A stretch of 64,000 nucleotides of DNA from an uncultured Candidatus Rokubacteria bacterium (GCA_963771355.1 CAVYTA010000007.1:384001-448000); one strand, 5' to 3'. Counted from the first letter of the stretch, positions 8,878 to 23,289 are shown. A program made the numbers and translations. The notes: generated from the letters alone by a model not told the origin.

Positions 8878-10287
8878 ATGAAGCGCAAGCTGGCGGCTCT
8901 CGCCCTGATCTATCTCTTCGCCACCGCGCAGGTCGCGGCGGCGGCCTCGATCCCCATCACGCGCGAGACGCAGAAGGACGTGATGGTGACGATCTACAAC
9001 GGCAATCTCGGCCTCGTGAAGGACCTGCGCGAGATCCGGCTGCCCGCCGGCCTCCACGAGGTGCAGTTCATGGAGGTGGCGGCGCAGATCGATCCCACCA
9101 CCGTGCATCTGCGCTCCCTCACCGATCCCGCCGGTCTCCGCATCCTCGAGCAGAACTACGAGTACGACCTCATCTCGAGCCAGAAGCTCCTCGAGAAGTA
9201 CGTCGGCCGCAAGGTGCGGCTGTACGGCCACGACGGCACGTATCACGAGGCCACCCTGCTGTCGACCAATGGGCCGGTCTACGACATCAACGGCCAGATC
9301 CACCTCGGCCACAACGGCCGCGTGGTGCTGCCGGCCCTTCCCGACAACCTCGTGTCCCAGCCCACGCTGAAGTGGCTGCTGCGCAACCAGCTGGATCGGC
9401 CGCAGCGCGTGGAGGCCTCCTATCTCACCGGCGGCATCACCTGGCGGGCGGACTACGTGATGGTGATCAATGCCGGTGACAACAAGACCGACCTCACCGG
9501 CTGGGTCACGGTGGACAACAAGAGCGGGGCGACCTTCGGCAACGCCGCGCTCAAGCTGGTGGCGGGCGACGTCAACCGCGCCCGCGATGCCCGCCGCGAG
9601 GGCCGGATGATGGACATTGCGGCGAAGGCCGCGTCCCCGGCGTCGGCGACCCAGGAATTCGCGGCGGAGGGCCTCTTCGAATATCACCTCTACACCCTCG
9701 ACGGCCGGACCACCATCAAGGACAACCAGACCAAGCAGCTCACGCTGATGTCCTCCGCGGACGTGCCGGTGAAGAAGGAGCTCATCTATTACGGCGCGCA
9801 GGAGTACTACCGGAACGCCTACGGCATGCCGGTGTCGAACCAGAAGGTCGCCGCCTACCTCGAGATCCAGAACACCAAGGAGAACCGGCTCGGGCGGCCG
9901 CTGCCCAAGGGGAAGGTGCGCGTCTACAAGGCGGACAGCGCCGGCAGCCAGCAGTTCATCGGCGAGGACTGGATCGACCACACCGCCAAGGACGAGAAGG
10001 TGAAGATCAAGCTCGGCAATGCGTTCGACGTGGTGGCCGAGCGCATCCAGAAGGACTGGCGGAAGATCGGGGGGAACCTCTACGAGGTGGAGTGGGAGAT
10101 CTCCCTGCGCAACCACAAGACCGAGGCCCAGACCGTCACCGTGATCGAGCCCGTGCCCGGCGACTGGCAGGTGCTCTCCTCCACGCATGTCTGGGAGAAG
10201 GTCGAGGCCCACACCCTCAAGTACGAGATCGCGGTGCCGAAGGAAGGCGCGGCCAAGCTCACCTACCGCGTCCGGCTGAAGTTCTGA
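8878..10287 (+). CDS. Exported DUF4139-domain protein
   Basis: Signal peptide; VTIYNGNLGLVKD, YLTGGITWRADY, FEYHLYTL, PLPKGKVRVY. Confidence 0.85.
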   Translation: MKRKLAALALIYLFATAQVAAAASIPITRETQKDVMVTIYNGNLGLVKDLREIRLPAGLHEVQFMEVAAQIDPTTVHLRSLTDPAGLRILEQNYEYDLISSQKLLEKYVGRKVRLYGHDGTYHEATLLSTNGPVYDINGQIHLGHNGRVVLPALPDNLVSQPTLKWLLRNQLDRPQRVEASYLTGGITWRADYVMVINAGDNKTDLTGWVTVDNKSGATFGNAALKLVAGDVNRARDARREGRMMDIAAKAASPASATQEFAAEGLFEYHLYTLDGRTTIKDNQTKQLTLMSSADVPVKKELIYYGAQEYYRNAYGMPVSNQKVAAYLEIQNTKENRLGRPLPKGKVRVYKADSAGSQQFIGEDWIDHTAKDEKVKIKLGNAFDVVAERIQKDWRKIGGNLYEVEWEISLRNHKTEAQTVTVIEPVPGDWQVLSSTHVWEKVEAHTLKYEIAVPKEGAAKLTYRVRLKF

Positions 10288-10326
10288 GGATGAAGCCCCC
10301 GGGAGCCCGTGGTACCGTGAAAGAGC

Positions 10327-11754
10327 ATGACGCGATCGCGGTCAGGCCTTCTCGCTCGCCTCCTCGCGTGCGCGGCCTGGGGGACGCTCCTCGCCGGAGC
10401 GCCGGGGCCGGCTGCGGCTCTGGACGAAGCCGGCCGTCTATGGTTGGTCGGTGAGCGGGCCTTCGAGGACAAGCTCCACCCCGTCAGCCGCGTCGCCCTC
10501 GAGCGCCTCATCCAGCGCTACCCCGCCGACAGCAGGATTCCCGAAGCGACCTTGCTGCTCGGCAAGGTCCAGCTGGCCGAAGGCGCGTACGAGCCGGCGC
10601 TGGCCGCCTTCCGTCAGGCCCAGACGCGGACGCCGCCGCCTGGCAAGCCCGAGGAGGCCCGCTTCTGGGAGGCGGAGACGCTCTTCCGCATGGGCCGCTA
10701 TGACGCCGCCCGCGCCGTCTACGAAGCGCTCATCGCCACCAACGCCGCTTCGCCGTTCGCGCCGGACGCGCTGTACGGTCTCGCCTGGAGCCATCTGGAG
10801 CTCAAGCGCCGCGAGCCCGCCATCGCCGCGTTTCGCCAGCTGCTCGGCGCGTTTCCCGAGCACGTCACCGCGCCGTCGGCGACCTATCACCTCGCGCGGG
10901 CCCTCGTGGAGGGGAAGCGCCACGACGAGGCCATCGCGCTGCTGCGGCCCTTCCCCGAGCGCTACCGCGACTCCAAGCTGGTGCCGGACGCGCGCTACCT
11001 CCTCGGGGTGGCGAGCCTGGGCGCGGGGCATGCGAGCGACGGCCTCGCCGAGATGCGCGCCTTCGTCAGCGCCTATCCGGGCCATGAGCTCGCCAACCAG
11101 GCGCGGCGCACCATCGTGGACCGTCTGGTGAAGGAAGGCCGCAAGGACGACCTCGCGCAGGAGTACAAGACGCTGATGGCCCAGTCACCGCGCACCGCCG
11201 AGGGCGTGTACGACGCCGGCTTCATCGCCTCGCGCCTGGGCCGGCCGCGCGACGCCGAGTCCGCGTGGGCCATCCTCCGCAAGGACTTCCCCGACCATCC
11301 GCTCGCCGTGCGAGCCTCCCTCGATCTCGCCCAGAGCGCCTTCGGACGGGGGAATTTCAAGGACGCGGCCGCGCTGGCGCGGGGCGCCGTGAAGAGCGAC
11401 GACGAGGCGGTGCGCGCCCAGGCCCAGCTCCTCCTCGGGGAGAGCGAGCTGAAGCTGAAGCGGCCGGGCCCCGCGCACCAGGCCTTCCTGGCCGCCGCCG
11501 AGGCGGCCGGTACCCTGGATCCCGCCGTGCGCTTCCGCGCCCTGGCCGGCAGCGGGCTCGCGCTGGAAGAGCAAGGGAAGCTCGCGGACTCCGTCCGCTA
11601 CTACGACCAGGTCGCCGCCGATGCGCCCGACAAGGAGCTCCGCGCCTGGGCGAAGGCGCGGCGGACCGCGGTGGCGGCCCAGCTCAAACCCGTGGCCACC
11701 AAGCCCGCGCCCAAGCCGGCCAAGCCCGGCGAGCCCAAGAGCGGCAAGCCGTGA
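10327..11754 (+). CDS. Exported tetratricopeptide-repeat protein
   Basis: Signal peptide; repeated A-x-Y-x-L-G/A...YP TPR units. Confidence 0.85.
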   Translation: MTRSRSGLLARLLACAAWGTLLAGAPGPAAALDEAGRLWLVGERAFEDKLHPVSRVALERLIQRYPADSRIPEATLLLGKVQLAEGAYEPALAAFRQAQTRTPPPGKPEEARFWEAETLFRMGRYDAARAVYEALIATNAASPFAPDALYGLAWSHLELKRREPAIAAFRQLLGAFPEHVTAPSATYHLARALVEGKRHDEAIALLRPFPERYRDSKLVPDARYLLGVASLGAGHASDGLAEMRAFVSAYPGHELANQARRTIVDRLVKEGRKDDLAQEYKTLMAQSPRTAEGVYDAGFIASRLGRPRDAESAWAILRKDFPDHPLAVRASLDLAQSAFGRGNFKDAAALARGAVKSDDEAVRAQAQLLLGESELKLKRPGPAHQAFLAAAEAAGTLDPAVRFRALAGSGLALEEQGKLADSVRYYDQVAADAPDKELRAWAKARRTAVAAQLKPVATKPAPKPAKPGEPKSGKP

Positions 11755-14700
11755 GCCGCCCCCGCGCGGGCATCCTGGGACTCGTCGCCGCGCTCGTGCT
11801 AGCCGCGCGCCTCGCGGGAGCCCAGGCGCCGTCGGCCCCGGCCGCGCCCACGGCGCCACCGGCCGTGCCGCCCGCCGTGCAAGGGGACGCCGCCGCGACC
11901 GTCCCGCGCCCCTCGCTGCCGCCGCCCGACCTCGTCGGGACGTTGCGACTGGTGGCTCCGCCGCTCGACAAGCCGGCGGTCCCGCTGCCCACCATCGAGC
12001 TGCCGGCCTCGCCCCAGCCCTTCCCGATGCTGGCGCCGCCGGCGGTGGTGAGCGATCTCGGGCTGCGCCCGTCCGCGCCCATGGCGCCCCCGCGCGCGCT
12101 GGCGTGCAATCCGCTGGGTAGCGTGTTCGGCGTGGCCTCCGAGCAGCTCGAGTGCGGGCGCGCCAGGTACCAGCGCGCCGAGCTCGAGCCGGCGCTGGCG
12201 GAATTCCAGGCGGTGCTGCAGAAGGGGGGCGATCGCGACCTGGTCCGCGAGGCGCGCTACTGGACGGCGGAGAGCCTGCTCCGGCTCGGGCGCCGCGCCG
12301 ACGTGGCGAGCCACTTCGAGATCGTCGCCAAGGAAGATCCCGGGAGCGACATCGGCCTGTACTCGCGACACGCGCTGGCGTGGGTGCTCCTCGAACGCGG
12401 CGAGTCCGCGCGGGCGCTCGAGACCTTCCAGAGCTTTCTCCGCGGCCGCGTGGTCCCGGAGCTGGTGCCCATCGCGCGGCACGGGCGCGCGCTGTCCCTC
12501 CATGCGCTCCAGCGCTATCCGGAGGCGCAGGCCGAGTGGACGGCGCTGCTCAACGGGAGCCTCCCGCGGCCGCTCGCCGCCGAGGCCTCGTTCTGGCTGG
12601 GCGACACGCTGGGTCGTCTGGGCGATCCCGCGGGCGCGGCGCAGCGGCTGCAGGTCTTCACCGCCGCCGGCCCGCAGATCCTCATCGAGAGCGGTCTCAT
12701 GCGGCTCGGGTGGTGGCGCCGCGAGGCGGGTCAGCCGCTGGAGGCGGTGAAGACGTATCGTGGCCTGCTGGCCGCCTATCCCCGCACCGGCGAGGCGCCG
12801 TGGGTGCGGGCGGGCCTGGTGCGCGCTCTCCTCGACCTCGACGACTATGCGGCGGCGCGCGAGGAGGCGCAGCGGCTCCAGGCCTCGGACAAGACGGGCG
12901 CGCTGGCTCTTCCCACCCTCCTGCTCCTGTCGCGCTACGTGGTGGACAAGAATCGCCCCGAAGAGGCGCAGCGTCTGCACACCGAGCTGCTCGGCATGGA
13001 GCTCGGCGCCAGCACGCGCGCCTACGTGCTGGTGCTGAACGGTGAGTCGCTACGGCAGTCGGGTCAGGCGACCGAGGCGCGCGATCGCTTCGACGCTGTC
13101 CGCCAGGCCGGTGCGCCCGCCGTCTTCGGGGGCTATGCCGGCGTGCGTCTCGCCCAGATCGACCTCGAGGCGCGGGAGCTGGCCCAGGCCCGTGTCACCG
13201 CGGAGAACCTGCTCGCCGGGACGCTGCCGCCCGCGCAGCACGCGGCCGCGCTGCTCATCGCGGGGGAGGCCTCCTACGGCCTGCGGGAATACGACCGCGC
13301 GGCGTCCTTCTACACCCGCTACCTCGCCGAGCTGCCGCAGTCCCCGTCGAGCCCGCTGGTGCGGCTGGCGCTGGGCTGGGCGGAGCTGCGCCGCGGGCGG
13401 TTCGCCGCCGCGCGCCAGGAGTGGGAGCGCTTCATCCGCGAGGTTCCGGATGATCCACGCCTGCCCGCCGTGCTGCTCCTCTCCGCCGAGATGGCGGCGC
13501 AGGCAGGGGACGAGCCGGGGGCGCGGGTGCTGCTCGACCGCCTCCTCGCCCGCTATCCCGACAGCGAGCAGGCCCAGGCCGCCACCCTGAACCGTGCCGT
13601 GCTGGCCATGCGGGCGAGCCGGGAGGCGGATGCCCTCCGCGACCTCGACGCGCTCACCCAACGGGCGCCGACCTCGCCGTTCATCGGCCGGATCCGCCTC
13701 ACGCGGGGCGCCGCCCTGCTCCGGGGCGAACGCGTGCCCGACGCGGAGACGGAGTTCCGGAGCGCGCTGCTGGAGGGGGAGGAGGCGGCGCGGTTGGGAC
13801 TCGGCGTGGTGGCCTTCACGCGCGGGCAGTGGGGTGAGGCCACGCGAGAGTGGTTGGCCGTTCGCGATGCCAGGGCCGGTCCCACCGCCACCGCGGCCGA
13901 ATACGGACTGGCCGCGGTCGCCTTCAACCAGGGCCAGCTGGACGAGTTCCGGCGCCTCGCCGCGCCGCTCCTCGCGGGCCCGCCCGATCCCGCCACCACG
14001 CCGGGCCTGCTGCAGGGCATGGCCTATCTGGCCGCGGCGGACAAGAAGTGGACGGAGGCGCGAACGCTCACCCTGCGCATCGCCGACGAGTTCGGCAAGA
14101 GTGGGGCGGCGCCGGCCGCGCTGGCGACGCTCGGCTCCGCGGCGGCGCGGAGCGGGGAATGGCCGGTCGCCCGCGAGGCCTACCAGCTTCTCGCCACGCG
14201 CTATGCCGGGCAGAACATCGGCGCGGAGGCCCGGCTGGACCACGCGGAAGCGCTGCTGCGCACCGGTGCCGCGCCCGAAGCCCGTCAGCGGCTCGAGGCC
14301 TTCGTCAATCGAGAGACGGGCGATCCGCGGCTTCCGCGCGCGCTGCTCCTCCTCGCGCAGAGCTACGAGACCGGCGGCGAGAAGGACAAGGCAATGGACA
14401 TCTACGCGCGCCTGCGGCGGGACTATCCGACCGCCGCGGGTACGGAGCGCGCGGCCTTCAGCCAGGGCCGCCTGCTCCTCACGGAAGGGAAGTGGGAGGA
14501 GGCCCGCCCGCTGCTGCAGCGAGCGCTCGACGACGCCGACCCGACCATGGCCGCCGAGGCCGCGTTCCGGCTGGGCGAGGGCCATCGTGCCGCCGGCCAG
14601 CACGCCGACGCCGCGCAGGCGTACTTGACGGCCGCCTATCTGGCACCGGAGTCAAGCTGGGGCCAGCGCGCGCTGCTGGGCGCGGGGAAATCCTTCGCCG

Positions 14701-14819
14701 CGCTCAAGCAGAGTGACGCCGCGGTCATCGTGTACCGGAAGCTGGCCACCGCGAAGGGTGCGGAGCCCGAGCTGGCGGACGCGGCTCGCAAGGAGCTCAG
14801 GGCGCTCGGCACGAACTGA
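11751..14819 (+). CDS. Large exported tetratricopeptide-repeat protein
   Basis: GTG start overlaps the upstream stop; signal peptide, Pro-rich linker, many TPRs. Confidence 0.85.
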   Translation: MSRPRAGILGLVAALVLAARLAGAQAPSAPAAPTAPPAVPPAVQGDAAATVPRPSLPPPDLVGTLRLVAPPLDKPAVPLPTIELPASPQPFPMLAPPAVVSDLGLRPSAPMAPPRALACNPLGSVFGVASEQLECGRARYQRAELEPALAEFQAVLQKGGDRDLVREARYWTAESLLRLGRRADVASHFEIVAKEDPGSDIGLYSRHALAWVLLERGESARALETFQSFLRGRVVPELVPIARHGRALSLHALQRYPEAQAEWTALLNGSLPRPLAAEASFWLGDTLGRLGDPAGAAQRLQVFTAAGPQILIESGLMRLGWWRREAGQPLEAVKTYRGLLAAYPRTGEAPWVRAGLVRALLDLDDYAAAREEAQRLQASDKTGALALPTLLLLSRYVVDKNRPEEAQRLHTELLGMELGASTRAYVLVLNGESLRQSGQATEARDRFDAVRQAGAPAVFGGYAGVRLAQIDLEARELAQARVTAENLLAGTLPPAQHAAALLIAGEASYGLREYDRAASFYTRYLAELPQSPSSPLVRLALGWAELRRGRFAAARQEWERFIREVPDDPRLPAVLLLSAEMAAQAGDEPGARVLLDRLLARYPDSEQAQAATLNRAVLAMRASREADALRDLDALTQRAPTSPFIGRIRLTRGAALLRGERVPDAETEFRSALLEGEEAARLGLGVVAFTRGQWGEATREWLAVRDARAGPTATAAEYGLAAVAFNQGQLDEFRRLAAPLLAGPPDPATTPGLLQGMAYLAAADKKWTEARTLTLRIADEFGKSGAAPAALATLGSAAARSGEWPVAREAYQLLATRYAGQNIGAEARLDHAEALLRTGAAPEARQRLEAFVNRETGDPRLPRALLLLAQSYETGGEKDKAMDIYARLRRDYPTAAGTERAAFSQGRLLLTEGKWEEARPLLQRALDDADPTMAAEAAFRLGEGHRAAGQHADAAQAYLTAAYLAPESSWGQRALLGAGKSFAALKQSDAAVIVYRKLATAKGAEPELADAARKELRALGTN

Positions 14820-14849
14820 CCCGCCCCGCTCTGGTATCATCGGAGCCCG

Positions 14850-16667
14850 ATGCGAGGCTACGGCGGGCGAATCCTCTTCGTGGACGCGGGCACCGGCGCG
14901 ACGCGGGTCGAGCCGGTGCGGGAAGAGCAGGCGCGGGCGCTTCTCGGCGGCAACGGCTTCGCCGCCCGCCTCCTCGTCGATCACGCCCCGGCCGGGGTCG
15001 ATCCTTACGACGCGGCGAATCCCGTGGTCTTCGCGGTGGGTCCGGTCACCGACACCAGCGTGCCCGGCAACAGCCGGGCCTGCGTCGCCGCGAAATCGCC
15101 GCTCACCGGGCTCTTCTTCGACTCCACCTTCGGGGGCCGATTCCCCGCGACTCTGAAGCGCACAGGCTTCGACGCGGTGGTGATCACCGGCCGCGCGAAG
15201 GAGCCCGTCTATGTCCGCGTGACCGAGGACGGCGCGACGCTCCAGCCCGCGCGTGACCTGTGGGGCCGTACCACGCGCGACACCGTCCACGCCGTGCAGG
15301 ACGTCGAGGGCGCGACCTCGGACGTGATGGCCATCGGCCCCGCGGGGGAGAAGCGCGTCCGCTACGCGGCCCTGGCCACCTACTGGAAGAATCGCGAGGG
15401 CGTGGCGGGCCGCGGGGGCATCGGCGCGGTGCTGGGCGCCAAGAACGTGAAGGCGGTGTCGGTGGCGGGGGCGCGCAAGACCGAGCTGGCCGACGCGGCG
15501 GCGCTCAAGGCCCTCATCGAGGAGCGGCGCGAGCCGATGACCACGGGGACCAAGGCGTTGTCCCTCTACGGCACGTCGTTCCTCGTCAAGCCCATCAATA
15601 CGCTGGGGGCGCTCGGCGCCTACAACCTGCGCCAGGAGACGTTCGCCGACGCGCTTGCCATTTCCGGCGAGGAAATGCACGCGCGGTATCACGACCGGGA
15701 CACCACCTGCCTCAAGTGCCCGGTGGCCTGCGGCAAGCAGTACGAGATCCGCGACGGGGAGCTGGCCGGGCTCAAGGCCAAGATGCCCGAGTACGAGACC
15801 ATCTTCGCGTTCGGCTCCATGCTCGGCAACGCGCATGCGGGCTCGCTCACCCGCGCCAACGACCTCTGCGACCTCCTCGGGCTGGACACCATCACCATGG
15901 GCGTGACGCTGGCCTTTCTCGCCGAAGCGCTGGAGCGCGGCTGGGTGAGCGCGGAGGAGGTCGGCGTGCCGTTCGGCTGGGGCGACTGGCGCGGGATGCT
16001 ACGGCTGATCGAGCAGACGGCCGCGCGCGAGGGCTTCGGCGACCGGCTGGCCGAGGGCTCGTGGCGCCTGGCGGAGTCCCTCCATCCCGAGGCGACCCGG
16101 AGCGTCTACGCGGTCAAGCGGCTCGAGCTGCCCGCCCACTCCGCGCGCGCGCTCAAGGGCCTGTCCATCGGCTACGCCACCGCCACGCGCGGCGGCAGCC
16201 ATCACGACACGCGCCCGACACCGCAATACGCCCCCGGCTTCGACCGGCGCGGCACCGAGGGCAAACCCGAGTTCGCGGTGCGGAGCCAGCACTTCACCGC
16301 CGTGGGCGATTCGCTGGTCATCTGCCGCTTCACCTCGGAGCGGGGCTACGGCCTCTACGTGGAGGAGCCGTATGCGCGGATGGTGCGCGCCATCACCGGG
16401 TGGGACGTCACGGTGGAGGAGCTGGAGCGGGTGGGGGAGCGCGTGATCAATCTCGAGCGATCCTTCAACGTGCGGGAGGGCGTGCGCCGCGCCGCCGACG
16501 TGCTGCCGTGGCGCGTGATGCACGAGCCCATCCCCGAGGGGCCGTCGGCCGGCATGTACTGCCCGCCGGCGGAGCTGTCGGCCATGCTGGACCACTACTA
16601 TTCTCTGCGCGGCTGGGACGCCGACGGCGTGCCGACGCCCGAGCGCCTGATCTCGCTCGGGCTCTGA
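14850..16667 (+). CDS. Aldehyde:ferredoxin oxidoreductase family (W/Mo pterin)
   Basis: KSPLTG, AGRGGIGAVLGAKNVKA, CLKCPVAC, PEYET, GLDTI. Confidence 0.93.
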   Translation: MRGYGGRILFVDAGTGATRVEPVREEQARALLGGNGFAARLLVDHAPAGVDPYDAANPVVFAVGPVTDTSVPGNSRACVAAKSPLTGLFFDSTFGGRFPATLKRTGFDAVVITGRAKEPVYVRVTEDGATLQPARDLWGRTTRDTVHAVQDVEGATSDVMAIGPAGEKRVRYAALATYWKNREGVAGRGGIGAVLGAKNVKAVSVAGARKTELADAAALKALIEERREPMTTGTKALSLYGTSFLVKPINTLGALGAYNLRQETFADALAISGEEMHARYHDRDTTCLKCPVACGKQYEIRDGELAGLKAKMPEYETIFAFGSMLGNAHAGSLTRANDLCDLLGLDTITMGVTLAFLAEALERGWVSAEEVGVPFGWGDWRGMLRLIEQTAAREGFGDRLAEGSWRLAESLHPEATRSVYAVKRLELPAHSARALKGLSIGYATATRGGSHHDTRPTPQYAPGFDRRGTEGKPEFAVRSQHFTAVGDSLVICRFTSERGYGLYVEEPYARMVRAITGWDVTVEELERVGERVINLERSFNVREGVRRAADVLPWRVMHEPIPEGPSAGMYCPPAELSAMLDHYYSLRGWDADGVPTPERLISLGL

Positions 16668-16746
16668 GCCCTGCCCCTTCGGGCGCCCGACCCGAAGCGC
16701 CTCAACGCTCCTCCGCTAACTTATTGATTCGGCGGCACTCTTCCCG

Positions 16747-16761
16747 TGGCATGCCTCATGC
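16747..16761 (+). promoter_or_regulatory. Sigma54 -24/-12 promoter
   Basis: TGGCATGCCTCATGC (GG-N10-GC). Confidence 0.55.
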
Positions 16762-16789
16762 CTACCGTTGGGGCCGGGGAGGGCAAGTC

Positions 16790-16993
16790 ATGGACTTTCA
16801 GACGGTGCTGACTCACGGGCTCACGTATCTGGCCGCGCTGGCCCTGCCGCTGTGGCTCCTCGGCGAGCAAGTGCTGGCCTGGTGGACGCTCCGCAAGCCC
16901 AAGATCGAGAAGGCCGAGCCGAAGACGCATCTCGAGGTGGTCGAGGACGCGGCGAAAGGGGTACGGGCGAAAGCGGTACGAAGGGCAGCCTAG
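16790..16993 (+). CDS. Small single-TM protein (67 aa)
   Basis: MDFQTVLTHGLTYLAALALPLWLLGE...; GGAGG SD. Confidence 0.7.
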   Translation: MDFQTVLTHGLTYLAALALPLWLLGEQVLAWWTLRKPKIEKAEPKTHLEVVEDAAKGVRAKAVRRAA

Positions 16994-17060
16994 TTCGGTC
17001 CGCCGACCCGCGGCGGGGGCCACCCTTTCCCGGGCTTGATCTCGTGCCTATACTTCTTGC

Positions 17061-21360
<4,300 letters not shown>

Positions 21361-21377
21361 CCCTCGGCTCTGCCCTC

Positions 21378-21552
21378 ATGCCCCCACTGATCGAGTGCCA
21401 CGCCCACGTGCTGCCCGATACGGCGCTGGCGCGCTTCCCCGACGCGGGCTCGCCGCGCTACGTGACGGCGGAGCGCCGGGTGCTGAGCCGGATGCTGGAG
21501 GCGCAGGACGCCCAGGGCATCACCCACGCGCTGGTGTCGGATTCGTTCTTCG
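21378..21552 (+). pseudogene. 5' fragment of an amidohydrolase
   Basis: MPPLIECHAHVLP (HxH)...QDAQGITHALVS; the family-like sequence stops abruptly. Confidence 0.6.
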
Positions 21553-21684
21553 ACGCGCAGTATCTTCGATCGGTACGACATCGTGAGTGACGGCGATCTC
21601 CGCGAGGCGGCCCGAAAGCTCGACGGGCACAAGTCGGGCACAATCCACCCTGGTGTTGTAGAATCCCCCTCCGTAAACGCGTGA
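21553..21684 (+). pseudogene. C-terminal remnant of a tyrosine recombinase/integrase
   Basis: Manual translation TRSIFDRYDIVSDGDLREAARKLDGHKSGT...stop resembles the integrase catalytic-Tyr tail. Confidence 0.7.
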
Positions 21685-21696
21685 AGTTGCTGCGAC

Positions 21697-21772
21697 AGGC
21701 GGGTAGCTCAGTTGGGAGAGCGCGGCCCTTACAAGGCTGAGGTCGGGAGTTCAATCCTCCCCCCGCCTACCA
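21697..21772 (+). tRNA. tRNA-Val(TAC)
   Basis: Cloverleaf: AGGCGGG/CCCGCCT acceptor, CGGCC-CTTACAA-GGCTG anticodon arm, TTCAATC T-loop, encoded CCA. Confidence 0.97.
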
Positions 21773-22084
21773 AACAAGATAGGGGTTTAGTGAGCACTCC
21801 CAGCTCCGCTCCTGGGGTGGGTGCCGAAATAGTGCCACTTGAGAACGTCCTCCCATCGTCGGGACAGAGTTCGAACGCGAGGAATTCATGGGCTGATGGC
21901 GTCAGCGCTTCAGGGCGGCCACGCCGTAGGGAGACATGAACATGGAAACTTAACCCTTAGTTCCCTAGGCCTGTCTGCCACTTGACGGTACTGCTTTGCC
22001 CAGCTAGCATTACGACTCTCCTCGAGTATCGCTTTGACGTCGGCCCTGGGGAGCGCCGCCTATGCTCTCGGTCCCAACGCGAAC

Positions 22085-23278
22085 ATGAAGCGACGGCCGT
22101 TCTTCTGGGGGCTGATCCTGGGCACCCTCGGCACGCGGCTCGCCATCGGCCGCCGCCTCGAGCTGGCAGAGGTTTCCGACATGACGCCCTTCACCGTCGA
22201 CGCCCTCGTCGCCGCTGTGGCTCTCGGGGCAGCGGTCCTATTCGTGGTCGCATGGCTACTCGCGTTCCGAAGAACCCCGCGCCGCTCGACCGAGTCCCCG
22301 CCTAGTCCGGGTCCCTCCCTGGATCCTTCGCTGAAGGCCGACCTCGACGAGGCGCGTCGCCAGCTGGCGGCGCGCAGCGCGCAGCTGACCTTCACGAAGG
22401 AGCTCCTGCTGAAGCGCACTGAGGACATGGACCGCCTCGCGGCCGAGCAAACCGCCATGGCCTCCCGCCTCGACGAAGCCCAGGCCGCCGCGGACCGCTG
22501 GCGCGGTGAGTATGAGCAGGTCGCCACCGAGCTCCGGGCCGAGCGCGCCCGGTTCGCGGCCGAGCAGACGCGATTGTCCGGCGAGCTGATGCGCGGCACG
22601 CTGGACGCAAGCCAGCGCGCGCACGAAATGCTCGACTCGATGCGCGAGCTGCTGCGGCGCACCGAGGAGACCAACGCGCTCCGTGTCGAGTTGGTGGGAC
22701 TCCGCGCAGAGCTGGAGCGTGCCCGCTCGGCCGCGCCTGCCCTGCCCGCACCTCCAGAGCTGATCGACCTCTCGCGCGCCGAGGCGAAGGCGCTCGTGCT
22801 GGAGCCGGAGGCGGTAGACGTGGAAAGCGCCCTTCGCCAGGCGGCCCTGGACGCGACCGAGCGTCTGCAGCGCAAGCTCAGCGATTTCCTGGTCGCGGCC
22901 GAGCCGGGCCTTCCCCTCGTGCGCGCCGACCGGACCCGCCTCGCGCAGATTCTGGCCGCCCTTGTCCAATGCGGGGGCCCCGCCAAGACGGTGCTGTCAG
23001 CCCGCCGGGCCGGCGAGTTCGTCGCGCTCGGCGTCGCCCACCCCGACCTCACCGTCGCGGACGGCGCGCGCCTCTTCGATCCGCTCGCTGCCAACGGCGA
23101 GGACGGCGCCACAGGCGTCCGGCTCGCCCTCGCGCGAGCGCTGGCGACGCTGAGCGGCGGCGAGCTGACGGTGACGGCGGGCGAGGTGACCGGCACCGTC
23201 TTCACGCTAACGCTGCCCGCGGCCACGCGAGGCGATTGGCTGGCCCGGCCGCGAGTGCGTCCGCTTACCGACGCCTGA
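22085..23278 (+). CDS. Membrane-anchored coiled-coil protein with degenerate HATPase_c domain
   Basis: Two N-terminal hydrophobic segments, long heptad region, LVRADRTRLAQIL...LFDP...GATGVRLALARALATLSGGELTV...GTVFTLTLP. Confidence 0.75.
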   Translation: MKRRPFFWGLILGTLGTRLAIGRRLELAEVSDMTPFTVDALVAAVALGAAVLFVVAWLLAFRRTPRRSTESPPSPGPSLDPSLKADLDEARRQLAARSAQLTFTKELLLKRTEDMDRLAAEQTAMASRLDEAQAAADRWRGEYEQVATELRAERARFAAEQTRLSGELMRGTLDASQRAHEMLDSMRELLRRTEETNALRVELVGLRAELERARSAAPALPAPPELIDLSRAEAKALVLEPEAVDVESALRQAALDATERLQRKLSDFLVAAEPGLPLVRADRTRLAQILAALVQCGGPAKTVLSARRAGEFVALGVAHPDLTVADGARLFDPLAANGEDGATGVRLALARALATLSGGELTVTAGEVTGTVFTLTLPAATRGDWLARPRVRPLTDA

Positions 23279-23289
23279 CGGGGAGACGC

